Assembly (NCBI GenBank): GCA_964514965.1
Contig: CAZETV010000002.1
Location: 90,001-122,000 of the forward strand
Source of the DNA: Candidatus Hadarchaeota archaeon
GTDB taxonomy: Archaea > Hadarchaeota > Hadarchaeia > Hadarchaeales > Hadarchaeaceae
Length of the DNA stretch: 32,000 nt
Direction of reading: 5' to 3'
This document shows, piece after piece, positions 20,098 through 28,871 of the stretch; within the stretch, counting starts at the first letter, position 1; every line of letters begins with the position of its first letter. Below the pieces are notes generated by a model. The model was given only the letters and a program-made list of their open reading frames with translations. It was not told where the DNA came from and ran no database searches. Position numbers and translations under genes: made by a program.

Positions 20098-20732
20098 TCA
20101 CCCAGCGAGAAGTTCGTTAATCGCTTGTTCGGCTTCGACGATGTCGTGAAAATTAGTTCTGCGCAAGATGTTCGAGACGGCCTGCTTCGATGTGCGAAAA
20201 TGTTTTGCCATGTCAACATGTTTCGCGTTAGGGTGGGTTTCGAGGTAATCTATAACCTGAGTCTGTCTGCTCGTCCATTTTTTCATCAGGCACAAGACGA
20301 GTCGAACCAGTGCGTTCAGCGTTCGGTCCTTTCGTTCATCTCTCGAGTTAATCACCGCCTCTGTCCTTTCCCGCCTCGCCTTCTCCAGAGCATCGCGGGA
20401 TCGGTAAAAGGCTAGGCCGTCCATTTCGAGAACGTTTTCGCTTAGGGACGTGCTTATCTCTCCGAAACCAACGCCACAGCGGAATCCGACACCCATCGCG
20501 CTTAGGTGGCGCCTAATTTCTTTGAACATTCGGTACGCCTTACTGGGGGATATTAGGGCACCTTGGAACTCGTCTCCCCGGGTGATTGCGAAGTCCGCCT
20601 GCAAATCTTTTCCAAACTCGCGGTTGAGGCGGCGGACCAACGACCGAACCCTGCGCTGGACGAGGGGCCGATTCTTCAATTTTCTGGATTCCTTCAGGTC
20701 TACAGTGATAACACAAAAGTTTTTCCCGTCAT
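20098..20732 (-). pseudogene. SatD-family protein with C-terminal HTH, N-terminus displaced by a 1-nt frameshift in an A5/T5 run
   Basis: FAITRGDEFQGAL, GFRCGVGFGEI and MDGLAFYRSRDAL are SatD motifs. The in-frame upstream sequence FCVITVDLKESRKL matches the SatD N-terminus but has no start codon. ATG 20730-20732 is out of frame by one nt, across the run at 20720-20724. Confidence 0.75.
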
Positions 20733-20927
20733 AAATACACTTCCGAGAGTTTACTTTAGTGAGTAAACCTTTTTAGATTTACCTCCCCTACAAAACTCCA
20801 AGCTCGACCACGAAGTGGAGGACCTCATTCACATGGGATGGATCCACCACCTCGGCCCCGGAACTTCCTCGAAAACACGGGGAGAGCAACATAAATCTTT
20901 ATTTTTGATATGTTTTCCATTTTTTAA

Positions 20928-21320
20928 TTAATATATTTACTGACCTTTGGCAAACCTGCATATGTGGAGAAGTACCAGATATCGCATGCAGAGGCGATCA
21001 AAATGATCGAGAGGGTAAACGGCGTTCCAGTGCTCGCTCATCCAGTTTTCGCGCACGCTGACGACATGCTCCCGGAGTTGGCCGAACTCGGCCTTGGCGG
21101 GATCGAGGTCTACCACAGCAAACATGACGCTCAAACGACCAAGTATTACGAACAACTGGCGCAGAAATACGGCTTGTTGATCGTTGGGGGATCTGACTCC
21201 CACGGTTCGGATATACCAGTCGGGAACGTGCGGATACCCTACTCCCTCGTCGAGAAGCTTAAAATGGAAAGGAATGATATACAGGCGAAGCAGAAGAAAC
21301 CGATTTTACCCAATATCTGA
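20928..21320 (+). pseudogene. C-terminal fragment of a PHP-domain (TrpH/YciV-like) phosphoesterase
   Basis: FGKPAYVEK...AIKMIERVNGVPVLAHP...GLGGIEVYHSKH...LLIVGGSDSHG covers only the last ~115 aa of a normally ~220-280 aa protein. Homology begins abruptly after an AT-rich stretch, and no PHP N-terminal DLHxHT motif is found upstream in any frame. Confidence 0.7.
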
Positions 21321-21650
21321 TAGAGCGCATATTTAGTCAAACGGTTGTGACACCAACTATTTTTTTGGCGGGCTTGGGCGATCGCGGACAAATAACCGGG
21401 TCCAGTTCCCGTCGTGCTCGGGTGTGAAAAGGGAAGAATGGAGAACCTCCCACCCCTGCCAATATTTCCGCATTAACATAGCACGCTTCTGAGTCGCCCG
21501 AAGCCATTCGCCCCGCCTAATGTTTAGGGAAATAAATTTAAATAAGCTTCATCTTTAAATTACAAGGAGGTAATGAATTCGTGATTTGGATCAAGTACTG
21601 GTATTCTTGTGGTTCACCAACCGAGGTACATGTCTGTGAGGTTGTAGGGA

Positions 21651-23483
21651 TTGACAGAACTACATAAAAGATGCGGCTTGGCGGCGGCTTTGACGCTAGT
21701 TCTTGTTTTACTAATCGGCTCCGGTATTCCCACCCAAGCTCAGCCCTTTGACCGCCCCACGCTCAAAACGCCGGATAACGAGTACATAACCAACGACAAT
21801 ACTCCGTACTTCAGCTGGGAAAATATCACAGGTGAAAACATACTCAAATTCCATCTTGTAATAGATAACGACTCAAATTTTGCGGACGGCGAGAATTTCT
21901 ACTACAATTCAAACTTGATTGATAACTTTGACAACTTCGACACGCACTCGGAGAACGCGCTACCTGAGGGGATATGGTACTGGAAGGTTAGAGCAGAGAA
22001 TGCAAATGGGCCGGGCCCCTGGTCCGGTGTCAGGTGGTTGAAAGTCGACGTAACCTCTCCGACGGTTCAGATCTCCGTCAACACCGCTATGGTCTTCGAC
22101 AATTATGTCGGCGCAGACAACTTCGTGGTTACGGCAACGTTCAGCGAGAATATGGACAACACGATTACCCCAACCATCACCTTCACCCCCGACGTGTCGT
22201 TGGATACTTTAGAGAATGTGGTCTTCGCTTGGACCGTCGATAACAGCGTGTGCACGTGGACTTACGATGTGGATGATGAGGGTGTGGAGAACTTGGGCGT
22301 GGACGTGACGATTAGCGGTGGGAAGGATTTGGCAGGGAACGATCAGGTCGACAACACTGGAGAGAACATGTTCTCCGTCGACACCCTAGCGCCTGTTGCC
22401 CCAACGTTGGTGTCGCCCGAGAACAACGAGAACACGAATGACAACACCCCGAACCTCGATTGGGGTACTGTCTCGGATGCCAGCCTGCCGGTACTCTACC
22501 GCGTCCACGTGAGCGATAACTCCCAATTCCCATATGACAACGTGGATTCAGGCTGGATCTCTGACGATAACTACATCACCTCCGAGCTCGCTGAGAGCGT
22601 GTGGTACTGGCGAGTTCACGCGAAGGATAACGCTGGTAACGTGGGAGACAAATCAGCGTCTCGCTCATTCAGGGTCGACATAACTGCGCCTGTTGCCCCA
22701 ACGTTGGTGTCGCCTGATAATGGGGCACAGACGGCTGATAGCACCCCAACGCTCAGTTGGAACGTCGTGAACGATAACTCGCTCCCCGTGACATATGATC
22801 TTCAAGTCGATGATGATTCCGACTTCTCTACGCCCACGGAGAACGTTTCGGGCCTTACCGACTACAGCTATGCCACATCAAGCTTGGCGGATGGGACATG
22901 GTACTGGCGTGTCCGGGCAAGGGACAACGCTGGTAACGCAGGCAACTGGTCATCGAGGTTGTTCACAGTGGACACAACAGCTCAAGCAGCACCTGCCCTC
23001 ACTGCGCCAGCCAATGGCGCGTTCACGAACGATAGCACTCCAACCTTCGACTATGGGTCGATTTCGGGTGCATCGAGTTATACCCTCCAGTACACGACCG
23101 ACAGCGGGTTCACACAAAACCTCACGACGATCTCGAGCACCGCAACGGATTACATTCCGACAGCAGCGTTGGCTGATGGGACATGGTACTGGCGCGTGCG
23201 AACGGTTGATGCCGTGGGCAACATAGGCGGCTGGTCGAGCACTTGGTCCTTCACTATCGACACCGTAACACCAACCGTGACGATATCGCCCTCCCTCGAG
23301 GCCACGCCAACGGCTACCGGCTGGACCTTGACCACCACGGACAGCAGCATCGAGATCAGCGGCTCGGTTACAGACGCGACTGGCGTAACAGTCAAGATAG
23401 ATGATGTAGAGGTGACCGTAGTCGATCGCAGCTTCCGCAAAACTGTAAATTTGATGGTAATAGGTGTGAACACATTCACCTAG
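21651..23483 (+). CDS. Secreted/cell-surface repeat protein (signal peptide, four WYW[KR]V beta-sandwich repeats, Ig-like spacer domains)
   Basis: N-terminal signal-like LAAALTLVLVLLIGSGIPTQAQP. There are four ~97-aa repeats, each with TNDNTP..[FLS]W and [IT]WYW[KR]VRA.[DN].[AN]G motifs. The ORF ends at a TAG that looks premature (see next feature). TTG start. Confidence 0.8.
   Translation: MTELHKRCGLAAALTLVLVLLIGSGIPTQAQPFDRPTLKTPDNEYITNDNTPYFSWENITGENILKFHLVIDNDSNFADGENFYYNSNLIDNFDNFDTHSENALPEGIWYWKVRAENANGPGPWSGVRWLKVDVTSPTVQISVNTAMVFDNYVGADNFVVTATFSENMDNTITPTITFTPDVSLDTLENVVFAWTVDNSVCTWTYDVDDEGVENLGVDVTISGGKDLAGNDQVDNTGENMFSVDTLAPVAPTLVSPENNENTNDNTPNLDWGTVSDASLPVLYRVHVSDNSQFPYDNVDSGWISDDNYITSELAESVWYWRVHAKDNAGNVGDKSASRSFRVDITAPVAPTLVSPDNGAQTADSTPTLSWNVVNDNSLPVTYDLQVDDDSDFSTPTENVSGLTDYSYATSSLADGTWYWRVRARDNAGNAGNWSSRLFTVDTTAQAAPALTAPANGAFTNDSTPTFDYGSISGASSYTLQYTTDSGFTQNLTTISSTATDYIPTAALADGTWYWRVRTVDAVGNIGGWSSTWSFTIDTVTPTVTISPSLEATPTATGWTLTTTDSSIEISGSVTDATGVTVKIDDVEVTVVDRSFRKTVNLMVIGVNTFT
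21753..23261 (+). repeat. Four intragenic ~97-aa repeats (21753-22049, 22386-22679, 22680-22973, 22974-23261)
   Basis: Manual alignment of the protein. An exact 29-nt DNA repeat GCGCCTGTTGCCCCAACGTTGGTGTCGCC at 22389-22417 and 22686-22714 marks the starts of repeats 2 and 3. Confidence 0.7.
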
Positions 23484-23707
23484 CCGTAACCGATGCCGCG
23501 GGCAACACCACGACGCGAACATTGGAAGTCATCCGAGCTGGAGTTGAGCCACCTCCTGTCGCAGAGCCCGCAATCTCGTCTGAGCAAGCCGTGTTCATAG
23601 CCGCGCTCGTCGCGTTATTCATCATCCTGATAGTTTTTGTGAAGATGGTTCTTGTTAAGAAACCTGCGGAACCTGTCCCAAGTTCTGGCCTCCCACCGAC
23701 GAGATAA
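23477..23707 (+). CDS. Frameshifted C-terminal continuation of the surface protein (Ig-like strand plus C-terminal TM anchor)
   Basis: The frame shifted by -1 reads HLAVTDAAGNTTTRTLEVIRAGVEPPPVAEPAISSEQAVFIAALVALFIILIVFVKMVLVKKPAEP... This continues the ...GVNTF sequence naturally and ends in a hydrophobic helix followed by basic residues. Confidence 0.65.
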   Translation, partial: HLAVTDAAGNTTTRTLEVIRAGVEPPPVAEPAISSEQAVFIAALVALFIILIVFVKMVLVKKPAEPVPSSGLPPTR

Positions 23708-24007
23708 CGGCGCAAGTGATGGAGAAGCTTATCAAGGTGCCCCAGAGCTATTGCGCCAAGTGTTGAAAGAAATAGGACTAGACCGGGAGATCGCGGAGCT
23801 AGCCCGAGGCGGGTAATGGGGGGTTTTGAGCATTAATCTAGCAAAAGCTCGGATTACCTCCTGTGCCCCTTTTCTATTTTTTGCGCTCATGCCAAGTTTG
23901 AAAAGTTTAGTCCAACAGTTGGGCCTACACAACTTGGCTATTATAGTTTCGATAGGGGGCGAAATAACCCCATCCCCCGAAACCCCCGAAAGAGGCGCTG
24001 AGTAGAC

Positions 24008-24493
24008 ATGATAGTAGAACGGATAGGAGCCATAACATGCGAGATCCTTCCGGATTCGGGAAATATCATGTCCAGGGCTCAGGAAGTGTTCAGGGAATTG
24101 GGAGAGGTGGAGCAGCGCCTCCGAATCACCGAGCGCAAGCTTTATCGCTTGAAGGAGGGTAGCTGGTCGTATACGAAGAACATGCTAAGGTTTGGGTTCG
24201 CGTCATGGGTCTTCGGCCTTTCGATTTTCTTTTTAGCGGTCGTGGCAATGAGTACCGAACTTTTTGGAGGGGTTCCGCTGACTTGGAGCTCCTTGCTCGT
24301 GGGGACCCCCTTGCTCGTGGGAGCCCCCGCAGCGCCCATGATGATGACGGCTGCGTCGGTCCGCAAGTTTGACACCAAGATAAAGCGCCTCAGACACATC
24401 CGAAGTGGCCTAGCGGTAAAGTACACTAGAGCCCTCTACCAGTACCAGAGGGCCTCCCTCCAATATTTGAAGCAGGCGGGTTCTACTGGGTAA
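24008..24493 (+). CDS. Hypothetical membrane protein (coiled-coil N-terminus, two TM helices)
   Basis: 161-aa ORF with the hydrophobic segments FGFASWVFGLSIFFLAVVAM and LLVGTPLLVGAPAAPMMMTAA. No family recognised. The start may be the second ATG (MSRAQEVF). Confidence 0.5.
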   Translation: MIVERIGAITCEILPDSGNIMSRAQEVFRELGEVEQRLRITERKLYRLKEGSWSYTKNMLRFGFASWVFGLSIFFLAVVAMSTELFGGVPLTWSSLLVGTPLLVGAPAAPMMMTAASVRKFDTKIKRLRHIRSGLAVKYTRALYQYQRASLQYLKQAGSTG

Positions 24494-24775
24494 GATAAAT
24501 TGTTTCGTAAAAATGGTTTTTCTGGGCAGTAATTCAGTTTTATGTCCAAAACCGATTTAACCCCCTCGCTCAAAATCACTTTCGTGCACTCTCGTGTATT
24601 GTAAAACACTTCATTACTTTAAAAGGATCAAGCGCCCCTGAGCCTAAATGATAAAGATTAATAAGTTGACTACGCAGCTGGGATTGGGTACAATTTGGAT
24701 TCGGACAGGCTTGACATTATCCTATGAACAACATCCGCGCTGATCTCGTCGATAGGTTCGCATGAGCTATTCCAA

Positions 24776-25552
24776 GTGATAGTAGATAATGCCAAGGAGA
24801 TATCCGGTGCAAAGTTCGTTTCCCTATCTTTTTTCAACGAGGAGAGGGACACGGTTAAACTCGGCGCGCTGTCGGGCCCCGAACCTTCTTTGTTAAGAAA
24901 GGTATCAGAGATGTTAAAAATAGAAAATCTATTTCGCCACGGGTTCCCGGTCAGCAAGTGTCCAAGTTTTCAGGAGTTCTTAAAGAAGAAAGAGAGAAAA
25001 CCTGTCATCCTCAGCGGCTTTCACGAATACACCTTTGGATTGTTCGATAAAAGGATATGTAGTCTAATCGAAAAAATTGTGGGCTTTGAGGAGGTAGTGG
25101 CGATTCCGTTACTGAAAAATGAAAAGGTGGAGGGAATTTTAGGTTATTTATTTCCTACCAAGGAAAAGCGTGACTTCACCCCACTGCTGATTTTTGCAGA
25201 CCTCGCATCTCAAGCTTTAGAAAAATCAAAAATGTTTGAAGAACGGTTGAGGGGAGGGAAGGTCGCTATAATGAGCGAATATCTCGCAGGAGACATTATT
25301 AGAGAGTTCGGCGTTAGAATTCCAGTGGGAGAGTTAGGTTCGCGAGAGATTTTAGGACAGCTGGCTGACCTTGCTACTAAGCCTCCGCCCCGGAATTTAT
25401 TCAACCTATTAGTCGCCGGGACGCACATAGCTCTCAGTCAAGAGGGAGTTGAGGTAAGCGAAGTAGAGATCCGTGAATTCTTGGCCCCCAATCATCAGAA
25501 GATTCCTTCAGGAAGGAATGGTATGAGAACCTTGACAACCATGAGAATATAA
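24776..25552 (+). CDS. GAF domain followed by the N-terminal half of a PLD (HKD) domain; 5' piece of a split gene
   Basis: GAF pattern: VIVDNAKEISGAKFVSLSFFNEE...VVAIPLLKNEKVEGILGYLF...LLIFADLASQALEKSKMFE. The C-terminal HIALSQEGVEVSEVEIREFLAP parallels AILGAADRGVEIKFMVP of the second PLD domain in the next ORF. Confidence 0.7.
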   Translation: MIVDNAKEISGAKFVSLSFFNEERDTVKLGALSGPEPSLLRKVSEMLKIENLFRHGFPVSKCPSFQEFLKKKERKPVILSGFHEYTFGLFDKRICSLIEKIVGFEEVVAIPLLKNEKVEGILGYLFPTKEKRDFTPLLIFADLASQALEKSKMFEERLRGGKVAIMSEYLAGDIIREFGVRIPVGELGSREILGQLADLATKPPPRNLFNLLVAGTHIALSQEGVEVSEVEIREFLAPNHQKIPSGRNGMRTLTTMRI

Positions 25553-25596
25553 CTGTTTTAACATTCCTAGCGAATATAACGCTGCACTCCAAGTAC

Positions 25597-28500
25597 ATGA
25601 TAGTTGACAACAGGATTGTCTCCGTCGGCAGCACTAACTGGGGCCACAGATCCCTTACAACCAACCGTGAAATGAACCTTACGCTTCGCGGAGAGAACAT
25701 CGCTGATTCGTTCACTTACATCTTCGATTCAGGTTGGGTCGCAGCCGGCGGACAAGCTAGGGGCGGTGAATACTGGGAAGAAAATTGGATTTATCCCGTA
25801 GCCAACGGCGCAGAGATCCCAGAAAATGTTACTGACACGGTGGACGAGTGGGTTAATATGTTTGATAACGCGCAGGATAATGTCCAGCTATATCAGTACG
25901 CTTACAATGGTGGTCCCGCTGAAGTTCGTGAGGCTATATTGGGTGCGGCAGACCGCGGCGTGGAAATAAAATTTATGGTGCCCCAGCGCTCGTACGACAG
26001 ATGGCCGAGTGCAACGGAGGAACTAGCAAGTCACAAGAATATCCATGTTAAAACAATTGAGTTCCCGGTGGGCGTGGCTCATCCCAAATTTATTAACGTG
26101 GATGGCCAGCGAACATGGGTGGGGAGCGCTAACATACACTCTGACTGGATATTAACCGGTAGGGAAGTTGGCGTCACGGTCTATCACTCCCAGACCGTTG
26201 ATACCCTGCTCACCATATTTTACACCGACTGGGAGAGCGTATACGCTTCGTGGGTTAGTCCCAACGCGGTTGAAGTGGGGGTCTCACCAACTCGGAAAGG
26301 CGATTTACCTGGAGAAACGCTCCAGTTCGGTGTTACCGTTGCAAATGTCGGGGAAGTCATCGATAACTACGACCTGACGGTTAGCGACAATGCTGGCTGG
26401 ACTCTTTCGCTCTCAGAAAATCGAGTTGAGAACGTTCAGCCCAGTGAGAACGGAACAGTAACGCTCAGCGTCACCATTCTTGGAAATGCTGGAACAGGTG
26501 AGGTTAGTGTGGTAACGGTTACAGCTACTTCCGAAAACGACAATAACGTGAGTTCGAGTGATAAGGTCCTCGCGCTGGCAGCGGGTTCGGTGAGCATTTC
26601 TCCTACCGACGACTCTTATGTTGATCAGGCGAACCCCGACTCGAATTACGGCTCTGAAACTTATCTAGAGATAGCGAGCAAGTGGGATGGAAAACGGCGC
26701 AGCTTCCTTGAGTTCAACCTCAGCGATAATCTGTCAGATAACGCTTTGATAATTGATGCAGAGCTCAACCTATACTTCTATTGGGGCAGCGACTACGTCG
26801 CACTGCGCGATGCAGGCGTACTTATTGAGGCAAGGGAGGTGACCGATGATTCCTGGAGCGAATCGACGATAACCTGGAATAACGCTCCAACGGTAGGGGA
26901 AGTGATCAACACCTCAGAGATAGGCTCCTACGGCTGGAAGAAGTGGGATGTAGATGACTACGTTGCCGAACAGCTTGAGAACGAGAGCGATCAACTTGCT
27001 AGCTTTGCCATAAAACTTGATAACGAGGATTTCGATAACACCCTCAGAAGAATGCGGTTCCGCTCCGATGAATACTCAGACAACACAGAGCTCCGGCCGT
27101 ACCTCAAAGTCAAGTACTTCCCAGCGGTCTACGATGTGCAAGTAGAAGTAGACAAGGAAGAGCGAGGCCGTCCAGCAGGCTGGGTTGCTAATTATACGGT
27201 GACTGTGACAAACAAGGGCAACATCAATGACAACTACGAGCTAACTGTGAGCGATAACAATTGGCTGACCAGTGTAGATCCAACGCTTCTAAAAGATGTC
27301 TTTCCAGAAGAAAACGAATTAGTAACCTTAAAGGTTACGGTTCCAGCTAACGCAAAGCCTGGAGATTCAGACAACGCCACGATTATCGCTACTTCACAGA
27401 CAAAGCCTGCGGTCAGCGATAACAAAAAGGTAACGACAAAAGTCGTGGTAGACTACAAGCTCAGGCCATGCGAGGATGACTCATATGTGAACGAGGCGGA
27501 TCCGAGCACTAATTACGGTACCGAGCCACACCTTGAGATCGCAACCATGGTCGACAACAACAGGCGTGCATTCTTGAAATTCGAACTCTCAAAAATACCC
27601 GAAAACGTGGAGATTTACAGCTCGAGGCTCTACCTGTACTTCTACTGGGGCTCCAACTACACCGAGCTGAGAGAGAATTATGATATGAAAATTGAAGCCT
27701 ACAAGGTCAGCGATGACAGCTGGAGCGAGGGCACCCTAACTTGGAACAACCAGCCCACAATTGGGAATAAAATCGACTATACTTCGATAGGGTCTTGGAA
27801 AAGCTGGAAGTACTGGGACATAAAAAGCTACTTCGAGGAGCAACGTGGGATTGACAATCTGGCTTCCTTCGCCATAATGTTTGAGAACGAGAATTTCGAC
27901 AACACCCTTAGGAGAATAAGATACCGCTCGAAGGAGTACACGGACGACACAAGTCTCACGCCCTACCTGAGCGTCTGGTACTTCCCCACGACGGTTATTT
28001 ACGATGTTGAATTGGCAGCGACACCAGAGGCCCAAGGCGATAACGCGGGTGAAAATCTTGAATACACTGTGAAAGTCACAAACCTCGGCAACGTCCCTGA
28101 CAGCTTTGCCCTAACGGTTACAAGCAGTCTAGGCTGGAACGCCGTTGTTAGTCCGGAAAATCTTGAAGATATCCTACCGAACGAAACCGAGAATGCAACA
28201 CTAACCGTTACGATTCCGGAAAACGCGCAACCCGGAGAGGTCGACAACGTGACCATCACGGTGACATCACTTGGGGATAACACGGTGGGCGATAACGCAG
28301 TTGTCCGTGCAGGCATCTCGCAAACCACGACCTTGCTTCCAGCCGATGACGCGGCGGTCTTCCAGGATTTACCGGACTCGAACTATGGAAGCGAGACCTG
28401 GCTGGAGGTCACAAGCGCGGTCGACAACAACCGACGCTCGTTGCTCAAATTCGACCTATCCTCGCTGCCTGCGGGCTCCGATGTAATCGGGGCTGACCTA

Positions 28501-28854
28501 AACATGTACTTCTACTGGGGATCTGGCTTCACCGCACTTCGGGATGCAGACGTGCTAATCGAGGCCCGTGAAATCTTGGATGATAATTGGAGCGAGTCGA
28601 CGGTGACTTGGAACAATGCCCCCACCTTAGACAATCTGATCAATGCTGTGGAGATAGGTTCCTACGATTGGAAGGTATGGAACGTAGGCAACTTTGTAGC
28701 TCAACAGTTTGAGAACGATAATCTAGCGAGTTTCGCCATTAAATTCGACACCGAGGACTTTGACGAAACGTTGCGGAGGATACGATTCCGATCGCAGGAG
28801 TACTCGGATAACCTTACCCTAAGACCGTATCTGGAAGTGGAGTACTATCCATAG
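25597..28854 (+). CDS. PLD-family (two HKD motifs) protein with three tandem CARDB/NEW3-like + DNRLRE-like modules; 3' piece of a split gene
   Basis: HKD motifs are H-S-K-YMIVDNRIVSVGSTNW (the H and K lie upstream of the annotated ATG; the frame is open from 25477) and AHPKFINVDGQRTWVGSANI. After these come three ~290-aa modules. No signal peptide. Confidence 0.85.
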   Translation: MIVDNRIVSVGSTNWGHRSLTTNREMNLTLRGENIADSFTYIFDSGWVAAGGQARGGEYWEENWIYPVANGAEIPENVTDTVDEWVNMFDNAQDNVQLYQYAYNGGPAEVREAILGAADRGVEIKFMVPQRSYDRWPSATEELASHKNIHVKTIEFPVGVAHPKFINVDGQRTWVGSANIHSDWILTGREVGVTVYHSQTVDTLLTIFYTDWESVYASWVSPNAVEVGVSPTRKGDLPGETLQFGVTVANVGEVIDNYDLTVSDNAGWTLSLSENRVENVQPSENGTVTLSVTILGNAGTGEVSVVTVTATSENDNNVSSSDKVLALAAGSVSISPTDDSYVDQANPDSNYGSETYLEIASKWDGKRRSFLEFNLSDNLSDNALIIDAELNLYFYWGSDYVALRDAGVLIEAREVTDDSWSESTITWNNAPTVGEVINTSEIGSYGWKKWDVDDYVAEQLENESDQLASFAIKLDNEDFDNTLRRMRFRSDEYSDNTELRPYLKVKYFPAVYDVQVEVDKEERGRPAGWVANYTVTVTNKGNINDNYELTVSDNNWLTSVDPTLLKDVFPEENELVTLKVTVPANAKPGDSDNATIIATSQTKPAVSDNKKVTTKVVVDYKLRPCEDDSYVNEADPSTNYGTEPHLEIATMVDNNRRAFLKFELSKIPENVEIYSSRLYLYFYWGSNYTELRENYDMKIEAYKVSDDSWSEGTLTWNNQPTIGNKIDYTSIGSWKSWKYWDIKSYFEEQRGIDNLASFAIMFENENFDNTLRRIRYRSKEYTDDTSLTPYLSVWYFPTTVIYDVELAATPEAQGDNAGENLEYTVKVTNLGNVPDSFALTVTSSLGWNAVVSPENLEDILPNETENATLTVTIPENAQPGEVDNVTITVTSLGDNTVGDNAVVRAGISQTTTLLPADDAAVFQDLPDSNYGSETWLEVTSAVDNNRRSLLKFDLSSLPAGSDVIGADLNMYFYWGSGFTALRDADVLIEAREILDDNWSESTVTWNNAPTLDNLINAVEIGSYDWKVWNVGNFVAQQFENDNLASFAIKFDTEDFDETLRRIRFRSQEYSDNLTLRPYLEVEYYP
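26266..28851 (+). repeat. Three tandem ~290-aa modules (26266-27123, 27124-27990, 27991-28851)
   Basis: Each module has V.V.N.GN..D.Y.LTVS...W...........E..T.TL.VT.P.NA.PG (CARDB/NEW3-like). This is followed by DDSYV..A.P.SNYG.E..LE......NRR.FLKF.LS...YFYWGS......WSE.T.TWNN.P......FDNTLRR.R.RS.EY (DNRLRE-like). Conservation is at protein level, with DNA diverged at many synonymous positions. Confidence 0.8.
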
Positions 28855-28871
28855 GACCAGAGTTCAAAAAA

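Noticed and set aside
19900-20415. 171-aa plus-strand ORF
   Set aside because: Two thirds of it is antisense to the SatD-like gene, which has clear family motifs. Only the first ~65 codons (19900-20097) are free, and I recognise nothing in them.
23716-23818. Two tiny adjacent ORFs (MMEKLIKVPQSYCAKC* and MLKEIGLDREIAELARGG*) that vaguely recall a zinc-ribbon/TnpB-like C-terminus
   Set aside because: They are too short and the resemblance is too weak (a single CxxC and no DRD.NAA motif). No further homologous sequence lies upstream.
24666-24694. Textbook bacterial sigma-70-like promoter TTGACT-N17-TACAAT about 70 nt upstream of the GAF gene
   Set aside because: The host is an archaeon, where this has no function. 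It could be a relic of bacterial origin for the GAF-PLD gene, but one hexamer pair in AT-rich DNA cannot be told apart from chance.
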